A stretch of DNA of 64,000 nucleotides, from the IMG/VR virus record IMGVR_UViG_3300044614_001341, positions 32,001 to 96,000 of that record; one strand, given 5' to 3'. Of the stretch, positions 6,735 to 15,298 are shown one piece after another (the first letter of the stretch is position 1; every line of letters begins with the position of its first letter). The DNA is from a virus. The notes below the pieces were generated by a model, which ran no database searches, had not been told where the DNA came from, and saw only the letters and a list, made by a program, of their open reading frames with translations. Both the position numbers and the translations under genes were made by a program.

Positions 6735-7093
6735 GACGCATAACTCTCGGACTGCTTACAGTTCTGGGAGTTATAAGTCCTTCATATGCTGGACCAGTAA
6801 CTCCCAACTTCACCAGTGGGACAATTACCTCCGAAACGAAAACGCGAACTGAAGTTATTGAAACTATCAGACAAATAGAATACACTACTGGAACATCTTA
6901 TACAGTCACTGGAACCAACATCAATATACCAGGAACTCCTGCTCCTGGTATGAATTACACAATTCAAACTCAAGGTGCTCCATTCCAATTTAGTGAGACT
7001 TATCTGACTCCTGGAGTGGCAAAGGAAACATGGATAGACAGAAAAACTACAGAAGATTCTTTAACAAACACAATATCAGTCTTTACGCAGTAA
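6731..7093 (+). CDS. exported Thr-rich beta protein, unknown function
   Basis: signal peptide ending SYA; GTGA overlap with previous stop. Confidence 0.8.
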   Translation: MRRITLGLLTVLGVISPSYAGPVTPNFTSGTITSETKTRTEVIETIRQIEYTTGTSYTVTGTNINIPGTPAPGMNYTIQTQGAPFQFSETYLTPGVAKETWIDRKTTEDSLTNTISVFTQ

Positions 7094-7632
7094 TAATTTT
7101 ATTGTTGACATTGACTGGATCGAGTAAAGGACAACAAGCACCAAGCAATACAAATATTGCAGGACCCTCAGCATCTGCGACTGGTAACGTAACTAACCAG
7201 GCAGTTCAGGTGCTTCAGGGTCCTTTTGCTTTAAATACTTATGGTGGCGGAGTTTCTTGCCAGGGTCCCACAATGAGTGTCGCACCGTTTATATTGGGAA
7301 ATACAAACTATAATGAGGACCCACAATCATTCCAATCTTATAGTGGAAATGCTGGTATCTCTTTTGGATTTAATTTTCCTCTAGATGGTTCATTACAAGA
7401 ACTTTGTAAAGCAAGAGTTCGTGTAGAAATTTCAAGGCAACAAGCAGAAGCAGATAAAGGAAGACTTGACTTTGAGCTTGTGAGACTTTTGAAGTGTGGT
7501 GAAGCACTGAAAAATGGAATTTCATTTCACCCAGAAAGTCCTTATGCAAAAATTTGTGCTGATATTGTTGTGAAGTATCCACAAGTACAGGATATAGCAA
7601 ATGGAAATCAAACAAATACAGATAAGAAGTGA
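7030..7632 (+). CDS. exported protein with putative membrane beta-hairpin and helices (4 Cys); start uncertain
   Basis: hydrophobic leader; CQGPTMSV...NAGISFGFNFPLDG followed by amphipathic helices. Confidence 0.75.
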   Translation: MDRQKNYRRFFNKHNISLYAVIILLLTLTGSSKGQQAPSNTNIAGPSASATGNVTNQAVQVLQGPFALNTYGGGVSCQGPTMSVAPFILGNTNYNEDPQSFQSYSGNAGISFGFNFPLDGSLQELCKARVRVEISRQQAEADKGRLDFELVRLLKCGEALKNGISFHPESPYAKICADIVVKYPQVQDIANGNQTNTDKK

Positions 7633-8275
7633 ACCTCCACCTATCATTCCAACGATAGAACCCCCTGTAACTCGCAGCACAGAACGTTCTATCGTACCTC
7701 AAATTGATATTCCCATCATCAATATGCCAGATACAACTATCAAGTATCCAGTAATTGATGTTCCAACTCAAGAAGAATTTGATGCTGCAGTCAGAGCGGA
7801 ACAAAAAAAGAAAGAAGAAGAAAAAGAAGAAAAAAGTAGAGGACTTCCTGATACTGCACCAGTTATACCACAACAACTTGTACAGCAGGATGTACAAGCA
7901 GTACAAGTTCCCACACAAGTTGAAACATCAAATACAAATTTAGGAGTACCGGTCATTGAAGTACCAATCGTCGGGGAAGTTCCAGTTCCTCCAAAAGAAC
8001 AGGTTATACTTGCTGGCACCACTGCTACTGCTTCTGTTGCTGCGGCTCTTATTGGCAAATCTTTGGTGGAATGGATGGTAGGTAAAATGAAACCTATTGT
8101 TCAGCAGATATTCGTAAGGGGTAAGAAACTTTTAAGCAAAGATCTTACCCCATATGAAACTCAGGTTTATTTTGCTTTCGAAAAATCTTCTTCTCTAAAG
8201 AAGGTCAATAAGTTACTCAAAAAAGAACAAAAGACTGAAAAGAAAGACCAATATAAAAAGTTTCACTCAAAGTGA
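7601..8275 (+). CDS. Pro-rich membrane-anchored protein, unknown function
   Basis: Pro-rich N-terminus, E/K run, hydrophobic segment VILAGTTATASVAAALIG, basic C-terminus. Confidence 0.75.
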   Translation: MEIKQIQIRSEPPPIIPTIEPPVTRSTERSIVPQIDIPIINMPDTTIKYPVIDVPTQEEFDAAVRAEQKKKEEEKEEKSRGLPDTAPVIPQQLVQQDVQAVQVPTQVETSNTNLGVPVIEVPIVGEVPVPPKEQVILAGTTATASVAAALIGKSLVEWMVGKMKPIVQQIFVRGKKLLSKDLTPYETQVYFAFEKSSSLKKVNKLLKKEQKTEKKDQYKKFHSK

Positions 8276-8290
8276 TTATTAATTTCAATA

Positions 8291-8503
8291 TTAAAAAGGA
8301 AACTTAATACTGGGAGTATTAAGTTTCGGAATAGGTAGTTTCTCAAATGCTTTCGATACTTGCTTCTCTACAACAGCACCAACAAACTCTTCCGGATTAT
8401 CTAGAATCTTCTGTGCTTTTTGATAAGTAATGTATGCTCCCACACAAAGAGCACCACTAATGGTGAGACTTGTGATTGATAGGATCAGACTCAGATGTTT
8501 CAT
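8291..8503 (-). CDS. small membrane-anchored protein
   Basis: N-terminal TM segment, 70 aa. Confidence 0.7.
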   Translation of the reverse strand: MKHLSLILSITSLTISGALCVGAYITYQKAQKILDNPEEFVGAVVEKQVSKAFEKLPIPKLNTPSIKFPF

Positions 8504-8609
8504 CTTGCATCTCCAAATATGCTAACTTTAATATGTAGTAAATGACATATGCAGTAAATATCAAACCAGAACAAAGAATTATAATTACGCCCCAAGGAAA
8601 TTCATTCAT
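8457..8609 (-). CDS. small membrane peptide (50 aa, MNEFPWGVIIILCSGLIFTAYVIYYIL...)
   Basis: manually translated; single TM; overlaps both neighbours. Confidence 0.55.
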   Translation of the reverse strand: MNEFPWGVIIILCSGLIFTAYVIYYILKLAYLEMQDETSESDPINHKSHH

Positions 8610-8802
8610 CCCAAACACCCTCTTGTTTATGAATCCAAATTTTTAAATCTTTAACGTATTTTCTTAGAATTTGTGCTTGTTCTTCGTGCCAAAAATCACC
8701 CGTCTCCATATGAAGGCGGGTGTGATTATCTATGGCTTTAAGTATTTGATGTATTGGAGGATTCCAACACTCACGCTTGGGAGTGTTCCACTCTCTTGGC
8801 AT
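8602..8802 (-). CDS. hypothetical cyanophage protein
   Basis: 66 aa ORF with GAGG SD. Confidence 0.7.
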   Translation of the reverse strand: MPREWNTPKRECWNPPIHQILKAIDNHTRLHMETGDFWHEEQAQILRKYVKDLKIWIHKQEGVWDE

Positions 8803-8811
8803 AAAACCTCA

Positions 8812-8919
8812 TTATTTTTTCTTACCACCATTCTTCGCTTTTTTGGCAGTAGCATTACCAGAGTTCTGCTTTTTATTATTTGCAGAACCCTTCTTACCTT
8901 TGTTTGCTGATTTTGCCAT
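8812..8919 (-). CDS. very basic 35 aa peptide (MAKSANKGKKGSANNKKQNSGNATAKKAKNGGKKK)
   Basis: manually translated; TAATG coupling and AGGAG SD. Confidence 0.6.
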   Translation of the reverse strand: MAKSANKGKKGSANNKKQNSGNATAKKAKNGGKKK

Positions 8920-9275
8920 TATGCTCCTGTGCGTGGTTGAACGAATCCTTCACCATCTTCTACTTTAGTTTCAAGTGCTTCAACTCTTGCTTCAAGAGTT
9001 TCTGGTGGTGCTTCAGGGGAAGGTGGTTCTGGTGGAGTTTCTACAAACTCCTCCCTCTTTGGTTGATCTTTCTTTTCATCTTCATCATCACCACCTTTCT
9101 TCATTGTATTGATGCCAAAAGTGGCAGCAGATGCTGTGAAGACTGTAGCGATAAAAGTTGGGTCCATCTTAGATAGAGTACCCGCATAACTTGCAGTGAG
9201 AAGAGCGGCAGACCAACCCAAGATACATATACGAATTAATTGTCCCATAGCATTTTCGTTTTTCTTAGTAGCCAT
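8919..9275 (-). CDS. two-TM membrane protein, putative holin
   Basis: two hydrophobic helices then charged/Pro tail; directly downstream of lysozyme. Confidence 0.55.
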   Translation of the reverse strand: MATKKNENAMGQLIRICILGWSAALLTASYAGTLSKMDPTFIATVFTASAATFGINTMKKGGDDEDEKKDQPKREEFVETPPEPPSPEAPPETLEARVEALETKVEDGEGFVQPRTGA

Positions 9276-9293
9276 TTTCCTTTGTGAATAGGG

Positions 9294-9965
9294 TTAACCT
9301 TTTTTCCAAGATTCACCTTCTGCTTTTCTTCTACGAGCAAGTCCTGCTTCTACATTGGAACCAGGATTTCTGTAGAGATATAAAGCATCGGGAACTAAGT
9401 CCCATTCTTTATTCTTCAGTCTCTTAGTGATAGTATTAAAATCACCAGAACCATAAAAACCAGCACCGAGATTATAAGCAAAAGAAAGTAGGGCACCTCT
9501 TTTACCATCAGACATTTCATTCCAGTGTGGAATTTTACGAAGTGCAGGAAGAAATTCTCTCTTGCATTGTTCAATCAAAAGTTCATCTGCTTCTTGTTGG
9601 GTAAGTGTATCACCCATATGGAATGCAGATCCATCTTTCTTACGAGTTGAACCCCAACCAATTGTGATTGGAAGTCCACCAGTGAGAGGGTCTGGATATG
9701 CTTTGAGGTGACATCCTTCAAACTCTTTGATCAATTTAAGTCCCATCATAGGCATATCGTCACCACCAACTACAGGAGCGGCAGCAGATGGTGCTGATGC
9801 TGGTGCCGCATTACCCTTTTTTCCTCTGTAGATCTCCGCCCAATCTACATTATCTTCTAGATACTTGACTGGTAGATTATCTTCTAACCATTGAACTGCT
9901 TTCACATGATTAGGGTTCTTCTCGTCATAGAACTTGAAGAAGTTATGTAAATCGATTCTTGCCAT
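9294..9965 (-). CDS. endolysin, GH24 lysozyme with extra N-terminal domain
   Basis: IKEFEG...YPD...ITIGWG catalytic motif, SFAYNLG, GLARRRKAE; GGAG SD before ATG 9965. Confidence 0.9.
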   Translation of the reverse strand: MARIDLHNFFKFYDEKNPNHVKAVQWLEDNLPVKYLEDNVDWAEIYRGKKGNAAPASAPSAAAPVVGGDDMPMMGLKLIKEFEGCHLKAYPDPLTGGLPITIGWGSTRKKDGSAFHMGDTLTQQEADELLIEQCKREFLPALRKIPHWNEMSDGKRGALLSFAYNLGAGFYGSGDFNTITKRLKNKEWDLVPDALYLYRNPGSNVEAGLARRRKAEGESWKKG

Positions 9966-10092
9966 TGTCGTCTCCAAAGTATTTGTTGAAAAGTTTGGAA
10001 GCTTCTAAATGCTTTCCGTGATTTGTAAGATCTTTAATTCTTTGCAAGATCTTTCTCTTGAAATTAATCGAAGATTCTGCCCCATCCATCAT
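9943..10092 (-). CDS. small hypothetical protein (start uncertain)
   Basis: ORF bridging the peptidase and lysozyme genes. Confidence 0.45.
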   Translation of the reverse strand: MMDGAESSINFKRKILQRIKDLTNHGKHLEASKLFNKYFGDDNGKNRFT

Positions 10093-10735
10093 TGCCCCCT
10101 GGACACCAACGGTGCTTAAGAACTGCTTTGGTATAAATGGTTTTCTTACCATTCGTTACGGGACCAGTATAATTGTCATTGAGAGAACCATAAGGATCAT
10201 TAATATAATATCCCTTACCATCTGGAGTCTTACCAATGACCACGCACATGTGCCCACCAGTAGGAGAAGTTAGAGAACCACGGTGGAGAATACCAATAAC
10301 AACAGGTTTTCCTCTATCAAGACTCTTATCAATATCAACAAAACTTAAATTATAACTAAAGTGTGATTTAATACCATAACCTTGTAGAACTTTAGTCTGC
10401 ACTGCATGGTCTGTAGTATCACCAATCGCAAATACTTTCTTAACATACTCATCATCACCTTTAATGCTTCCTGGTTTGAGGAAAGCAAGACACATTGCAC
10501 ACGATGAAGAGTTGCAAGTTCTTTGTGCATCTCTATAGTTGTCTACTTGGTTAAAGTATGGAACATCAAGAACTGCTGGAGTTGGTGGTTTTGTTCTAAA
10601 AATTCCAATCCATTCAGATTCTGAGTCATCCATAAATTGAGCAGGAAGGTTATCCTCTAACCATTGAACTGCTGCTACATGATTCACATTACCATCATCA
10701 TAATACTTAAAAAAGTTATGAAGATCTAATGTCAT
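10064..10735 (-). CDS. C39-like cysteine peptidase with N-terminal domain shared with the lysozyme
   Basis: LDVPYFNQ, CNSSSCAM (Cys), GGHMCVVIG (His), INDPYG (Asp). Confidence 0.85.
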   Translation of the reverse strand: MTLDLHNFFKYYDDGNVNHVAAVQWLEDNLPAQFMDDSESEWIGIFRTKPPTPAVLDVPYFNQVDNYRDAQRTCNSSSCAMCLAFLKPGSIKGDDEYVKKVFAIGDTTDHAVQTKVLQGYGIKSHFSYNLSFVDIDKSLDRGKPVVIGILHRGSLTSPTGGHMCVVIGKTPDGKGYYINDPYGSLNDNYTGPVTNGKKTIYTKAVLKHRWCPGGNDGWGRIFD

Positions 10736-10778
10736 TATACCTCTTTTCTGACACTAGAGATATTTATAAAATGCTCAA

Positions 10779-10958
10779 TTAATCTCCAATATATTCCAAT
10801 GAAAAAATATCATGCTCCAAAATATCTGGATCTAACCATTCATTAAATTCTTTTTGAATGGCATGAGCATTTTCATAATTTTTTTCTTCGCATAGTGAGT
10901 GCATACGGTCAATTGCCCAATCATGTGAGATACGAAGTGTATTTTCAAGAATTGTCAT
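10779..10958 (-). CDS. hypothetical cyanophage protein
   Basis: ORF overlapping end of upstream nuclease gene; start reassigned. Confidence 0.6.
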   Translation of the reverse strand: MTILENTLRISHDWAIDRMHSLCEEKNYENAHAIQKEFNEWLDPDILEHDIFSLEYIGD

Positions 10959-11376
10959 TAAAATAATCCTTTCTAAAATATCTGGAGAGAATATTGCTAT
11001 TGTAGTATGCAGGTTCTCCAGAGTCAAGTGCTTCAGTCAATACATTATTAAGAAATAGTTGTCTCGTTTCTTCAAAATTACATTTACCTTTGGTCTTATG
11101 AAGACTTATTATTTCTCTATTGAAAAACTCTTTGCCATACTTAATCACGTCTTCTTTAAGTTCTGGACAGGAACCATAATATTTTTTCCAATCAGACTCT
11201 GATTTAACTTTTCTAGATTTTCCCTTCGGTGTGCGAAAAGACCAGAAGTATTTCCTACCCACATATCTGCGATTAGTTTTACTGCAAGATATGAGATATA
11301 CAAAACCAAAATAATCTTCAATATTAGAAGACTCAAAAATTTCTCCATTGAATCTCCAAGGATTCTCATAGCTCAT
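10945..11376 (-). CDS. GIY-YIG nuclease (endonuclease II-like)
   Basis: GFVYLI...RYVGRK, WKKYYGS, YYN motifs. Confidence 0.8.
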   Translation of the reverse strand: MSYENPWRFNGEIFESSNIEDYFGFVYLISCSKTNRRYVGRKYFWSFRTPKGKSRKVKSESDWKKYYGSCPELKEDVIKYGKEFFNREIISLHKTKGKCNFEETRQLFLNNVLTEALDSGEPAYYNSNILSRYFRKDYFNDNS

Positions 11377-11481
11377 ATAGTAATCTTATAGAGCTATTAT
11401 TTATCTTCAACGCTAGCAAAGCGATTTTAGCAACAAAAAAGGGTCTTGTCAAGACCCTTTGAGAACCTTATGGTTTTTATA

Positions 11482-12828
11482 TCAAACTCCAGGAAGTTGT
11501 GGTCCTGTACGCTTTAGAGCAGATTGTGCTTCATTTGGGTTATTTGTTCCCTTTCCCAAATTATAAATCTTTTGAGTTTTTTGTGCTGCTTTATGAGCAG
11601 TGGGATCAATTGGTTCAGGCATTACACCTTCAACAATGCTTTTAATGTTTTCACTATCCATTTGCATCATTACATAAAGTGCTTCTTCTAAGGTGTCTAC
11701 GTGCCCCTGTGAGAAGAGATACTCAAGGACTAAATCATAGGCATCATTCATCATTTTTTGCTCCTTGACTGGGTTTTTGGAAGCACTAACTCCAGCTTTG
11801 ACTGCCGATAGTTCTTGTTCTTTTGTAGATTGTCCTGCAGACTTTGCTTTATCTCTTGCTTCTCGTGCTGCTGCTAGTTCTGCAGAAGTTGCTGCCCTTC
11901 TTTCAAATTTAACTCCACCTACAGACCCTAGAGCATATCCTGCAGGGGATTTTTCAATCTTTGGTTGTGGTGCTGGTCTAGGTGCAGGAGCAGTTCTTGC
12001 AACAGGAGGTTGTGCTGCAGGTGCAGGTGAAGGTCTAAGTGTAGGTGGCGGCGGGGTTGCTCTTCCTGCATTTGGATCTCCAACCCAATCACCACTAGTA
12101 CGAAATTCTGGATCTCTTCTTTTATTTTGTTCAGAATCCCATCTTTCCTTAGCTTTTTTTGCAGCTTCTGGATCCGTAATGGGTACATATTTTCCTGCTT
12201 TATTTTTTTGATACCATCCTCTACCACCCTTTCCAGTTACTGGCGCTACTTGTGCTGGTGCTTCTGTTACTAAGGAATCATTTTCAGATTCGAAATGATT
12301 GACAATAACTGCCCCTTTTGGATCTTTTTTTACTGTTGGTGTTTGTCTTGCTACTGGCGGTTTTCCAGTTGGAGTTCTCCTTCCAGATCTAACATCCGGA
12401 TCTGCCGACTTTTCTGGTGGAGGAACTAGCCATTGACCCAATTGTTTGCCTAGATCTTGACTTTGAGTAGGTTTAGGTGTTTGGGTTGAAATTTCTTTTG
12501 CAGTTGGTGGTTTGGATTGTGGTTTTCCGCCACCGGAACCAAGAACTCTTTCAACAGATTTACCAATTTTTTCTAAATCTACAGAACCACCGGTAGCAGC
12601 TTTTGTTATTCCTGAAATTGCCGATCCAGCATAATCCGCAACGGATTTAATAACTCCAGCAACTGGAGTTGCGATTTTATCACTCTCTCTACCAACTACT
12701 CTAGCACCCTTTTCCCACTGCTTAGAAACGTCACTCTGCTGCTCGTCTAACTCAGTATTGTTATGAGAATAAATTGATCGGTAAATATCATCAATTTCAT
12801 TAATTTTTTTCGAAGAAAGCTCGCCCAT
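11482..12828 (-). CDS. low-complexity late protein with YDxVLEYL..EG-type helical domain; probable internal virion protein
   Basis: late promoter TATAAATA 12857-12864; P/A/K-rich; domain shared with 43782 and 44380 ORFs. Confidence 0.7.
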   Translation of the reverse strand: MGELSSKKINEIDDIYRSIYSHNNTELDEQQSDVSKQWEKGARVVGRESDKIATPVAGVIKSVADYAGSAISGITKAATGGSVDLEKIGKSVERVLGSGGGKPQSKPPTAKEISTQTPKPTQSQDLGKQLGQWLVPPPEKSADPDVRSGRRTPTGKPPVARQTPTVKKDPKGAVIVNHFESENDSLVTEAPAQVAPVTGKGGRGWYQKNKAGKYVPITDPEAAKKAKERWDSEQNKRRDPEFRTSGDWVGDPNAGRATPPPPTLRPSPAPAAQPPVARTAPAPRPAPQPKIEKSPAGYALGSVGGVKFERRAATSAELAAAREARDKAKSAGQSTKEQELSAVKAGVSASKNPVKEQKMMNDAYDLVLEYLFSQGHVDTLEEALYVMMQMDSENIKSIVEGVMPEPIDPTAHKAAQKTQKIYNLGKGTNNPNEAQSALKRTGPQLPGV

Positions 12829-12863
12829 TTTACTACTAGATAGTTCTTTATAATGATATTTAT

Positions 12864-12889
12864 AAAAAAAGAGGGTCCGAAGACCCTCT
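12864..12889 (-). terminator. Rho-independent terminator after nrdB
   Basis: AGAGGGTC-TTCG-GACCCTCT followed by T tract. Confidence 0.85.
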
Positions 12890-13020
12890 CACACATTTAA
12901 TAAACATCGTTACTCTTTGAGTCTTTCCAAACATAAGAGTAATCATAATCACCAAATAAAAAAAGATCCGATTCTGCAGCATCTTTATATGCGTTCAGGA
13001 GTTCCTGTTCGCACCATTCA

Positions 13021-14205
13021 TCATAATTGGAATCCTGAGAAAGTATCTTTGGTAACATCTTGTTTGATTCCCCCGACGATATAGGACTCAACTTCCGTTT
13101 CCTGGGGTGCCACTTGAAGTCCCTTAGAGGAAATCCAATGCTCAGTCCAAGGAAGTGGATTGTTCTTTGCTGGAATATCATAAAGTGGGCGAAGACCGAT
13201 TGCCTTCATTCTACGATTTGCAATCCATTCAACATACTGCTGCAACAGTTTGTCATTTAGACCAATCATAGATCCATCCTTGAACAGATATTCTGCCCAA
13301 AGTTTTTCTTGATTGACTGCGTTCTCAAAGGTCTTGTAGACCCACTGCTCTTCTTCTTTGGAAATACGTGCCATCTCAGGGTCATCACCTTCTTTCCATT
13401 TGTTGAGAATGTTTTGAGTAATGACCAAGTGCTGATTTTCATCTCTAGCAATTAGAGAGATGATTTTTGCACTTCCTTCCATAAGTTTGAGTTCGCCAAA
13501 TGCAAAACTGCAAGCGAAACTGACGTAAAAGCGAATACCTTCAAGAATATTAACGTTTGCAACTGCTCGAAAGAGTTTGCGCTTGAGTTCATACCTTGCC
13601 TCTTGTGCGTATGGTACTTGTTCTAATGCATGAATCCATTCATTAGTTGAACCATAATGTTGAGCACTATTAATGAAGTCGTTATATGCCTCAGTTACAC
13701 TGACGGCACGTTCCATAATACGATCCTCTTTGAGAATAGTATCAAAGACTTCAGATGGATCTGAATAAACATTCTTGATAATATAAGTGTATGAACGGGA
13801 ATGAATCATTTCCATAAACTCCCAAACCTTCATACACGCTTCTAGTTCGGGCAGTGAACAGTATGGAGCAAATGCCATACCAGGTCCACGACCCTGAACT
13901 GAGTCCAGCATCACCTGATACTTCAAGTTACTGGTGAAGATGTGCTTTTGTTCTGGGCGAAGAGATTGGTAATCTCCACGATCTTTTTGGAGGGAGACCT
14001 CTTCAGGTCTCCAGAAATAACCCAATTGCTGTGTTGTTAGTTTATCAAAAATTGGATACTTGTAAGAATCATATCTTTGGATTCCTAGTGGTTGACCAAA
14101 AAACATAGGTTGCTTTTTGGTGTCTACTTCCTGAGGATTAAAAACGGTCATTGATTCGACCATTGATTTTTCCTCCAAACCTGTTTTAAATCTTACAAGA
14201 CTCAC
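13021..14205 (-). CDS. nrdB: ribonucleotide reductase class Ia beta subunit
   Basis: FWRPEEV, DSVQGR, EMIHSRSY, LEGIRFYVSF, DENQH, VAPQETE. Confidence 0.97.
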   Translation of the reverse strand: MSLVRFKTGLEEKSMVESMTVFNPQEVDTKKQPMFFGQPLGIQRYDSYKYPIFDKLTTQQLGYFWRPEEVSLQKDRGDYQSLRPEQKHIFTSNLKYQVMLDSVQGRGPGMAFAPYCSLPELEACMKVWEFMEMIHSRSYTYIIKNVYSDPSEVFDTILKEDRIMERAVSVTEAYNDFINSAQHYGSTNEWIHALEQVPYAQEARYELKRKLFRAVANVNILEGIRFYVSFACSFAFGELKLMEGSAKIISLIARDENQHLVITQNILNKWKEGDDPEMARISKEEEQWVYKTFENAVNQEKLWAEYLFKDGSMIGLNDKLLQQYVEWIANRRMKAIGLRPLYDIPAKNNPLPWTEHWISSKGLQVAPQETEVESYIVGGIKQDVTKDTFSGFQL

Positions 14206-14287
14206 AATCTTCCTCCTCTGTTTAAATTAACTTTTGGAAAAATTCTACACATTCTATTTACCTCCAAAAAATATTTGGGTTTCATAA

Positions 14288-14566
14288 TTAAACCTCAATA
14301 ATCAAAACATCTTTTTTAGTCATAGGAATTTTAACATCCTGTTTTTTACCGTCAAACTCATCACAATAATCACAAATTTCTTCAGTAAAGGAATAATAGT
14401 CAATATTACTTTGCCACTTTGTAGTGTAATTACAGTAATTGATTGATGATTGGAAGATGGCAAACTCATCCTCAATATTCTCATAATAATTGTCCTTGTA
14501 TATAATCAGGACTTCCATATCATCAGGATATTGTAAAAGTGCTTCTTTTAGATGTTTAACTTTCAT
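14288..14566 (-). CDS. acidic hypothetical protein
   Basis: MKVKHLKEALLQYPDDMEV start; ATGA overlap with endonuclease stop. Confidence 0.6.
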   Translation of the reverse strand: MKVKHLKEALLQYPDDMEVLIIYKDNYYENIEDEFAIFQSSINYCNYTTKWQSNIDYYSFTEEICDYCDEFDGKKQDVKIPMTKKDVLIIEV

Positions 14567-15246
14567 AACTCTTGATAACTCCATCTGTATCCTTTACAGT
14601 GATTGAATTTTCCTTCACAGGTATATTTAATGTTAGAAGGATTTGTTTCTACAAATTTAGCAGCATCACTAATAGATTGAAACTCTCTTAAAAAGTTTCC
14701 TTCAATATCATACTGGAATACTTTGGTTCTTTTTATGTTTGGATTGTTTTTTAGTGTTTGAGAAGTTTTAGATTTACTTTCTTCTTTGTGTGATTTTCCA
14801 GCAAATCCACAAGGAGATGGTTGTCCCTTTCTCATTTTACTCCACTTTTCTTTTTGTTCTTCGGTATGTGTTTGATTGTAGAATGGATTTTCTTCTTTAA
14901 TAAATTTACCTTTTCTTTTTAATGACAATAGTTGCTTCGTTTTTTCTGTATGAGAATACCCAAGCATACCACCATCACCACCAAGAGTTTGATTATATTT
15001 TGGTTTTAATTTAGAAATCCAAAACATTTCTCTAAAACCTAAATTATCTTCACATTTTTCAATTTCTTCAATAATAAAATTGTCTTTTCCATACTTTCTA
15101 ATTGCCCGATGAAGATATGTTGTTGAACTTCTTTTAGTGGCATCATAGCAGTGACTATAAAATCTTTTTTTCAAAGAGTTCATTGTCTTTCCAACATAAG
15201 TTTTATTATTGATTTTATTGGTTATTAGATAAATGCGTCCAGACAT
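14563..15246 (-). CDS. free-standing GIY-YIG homing endonuclease (NUMOD3/NUMOD1 repeats)
   Basis: IYLITNKINNKTYVGKT, YNQTLGGDG, HTEKTK repeats, VFQYDIEGNFLREFQSI. Confidence 0.9.
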   Translation of the reverse strand: MSGRIYLITNKINNKTYVGKTMNSLKKRFYSHCYDATKRSSTTYLHRAIRKYGKDNFIIEEIEKCEDNLGFREMFWISKLKPKYNQTLGGDGGMLGYSHTEKTKQLLSLKRKGKFIKEENPFYNQTHTEEQKEKWSKMRKGQPSPCGFAGKSHKEESKSKTSQTLKNNPNIKRTKVFQYDIEGNFLREFQSISDAAKFVETNPSNIKYTCEGKFNHCKGYRWSYQEL

Positions 15247-15298
15247 AGATATTATTAAAACCTATTACTATTTATAATAATAGGTTTTAATAGTTTTG

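Noticed and set aside
7370-8058. minus-strand ORFs (poly-Phe, Cys/Thr-rich)
   Set aside because: Shadows of the plus-strand operon, which has a promoter, overlapping genes and signal peptides
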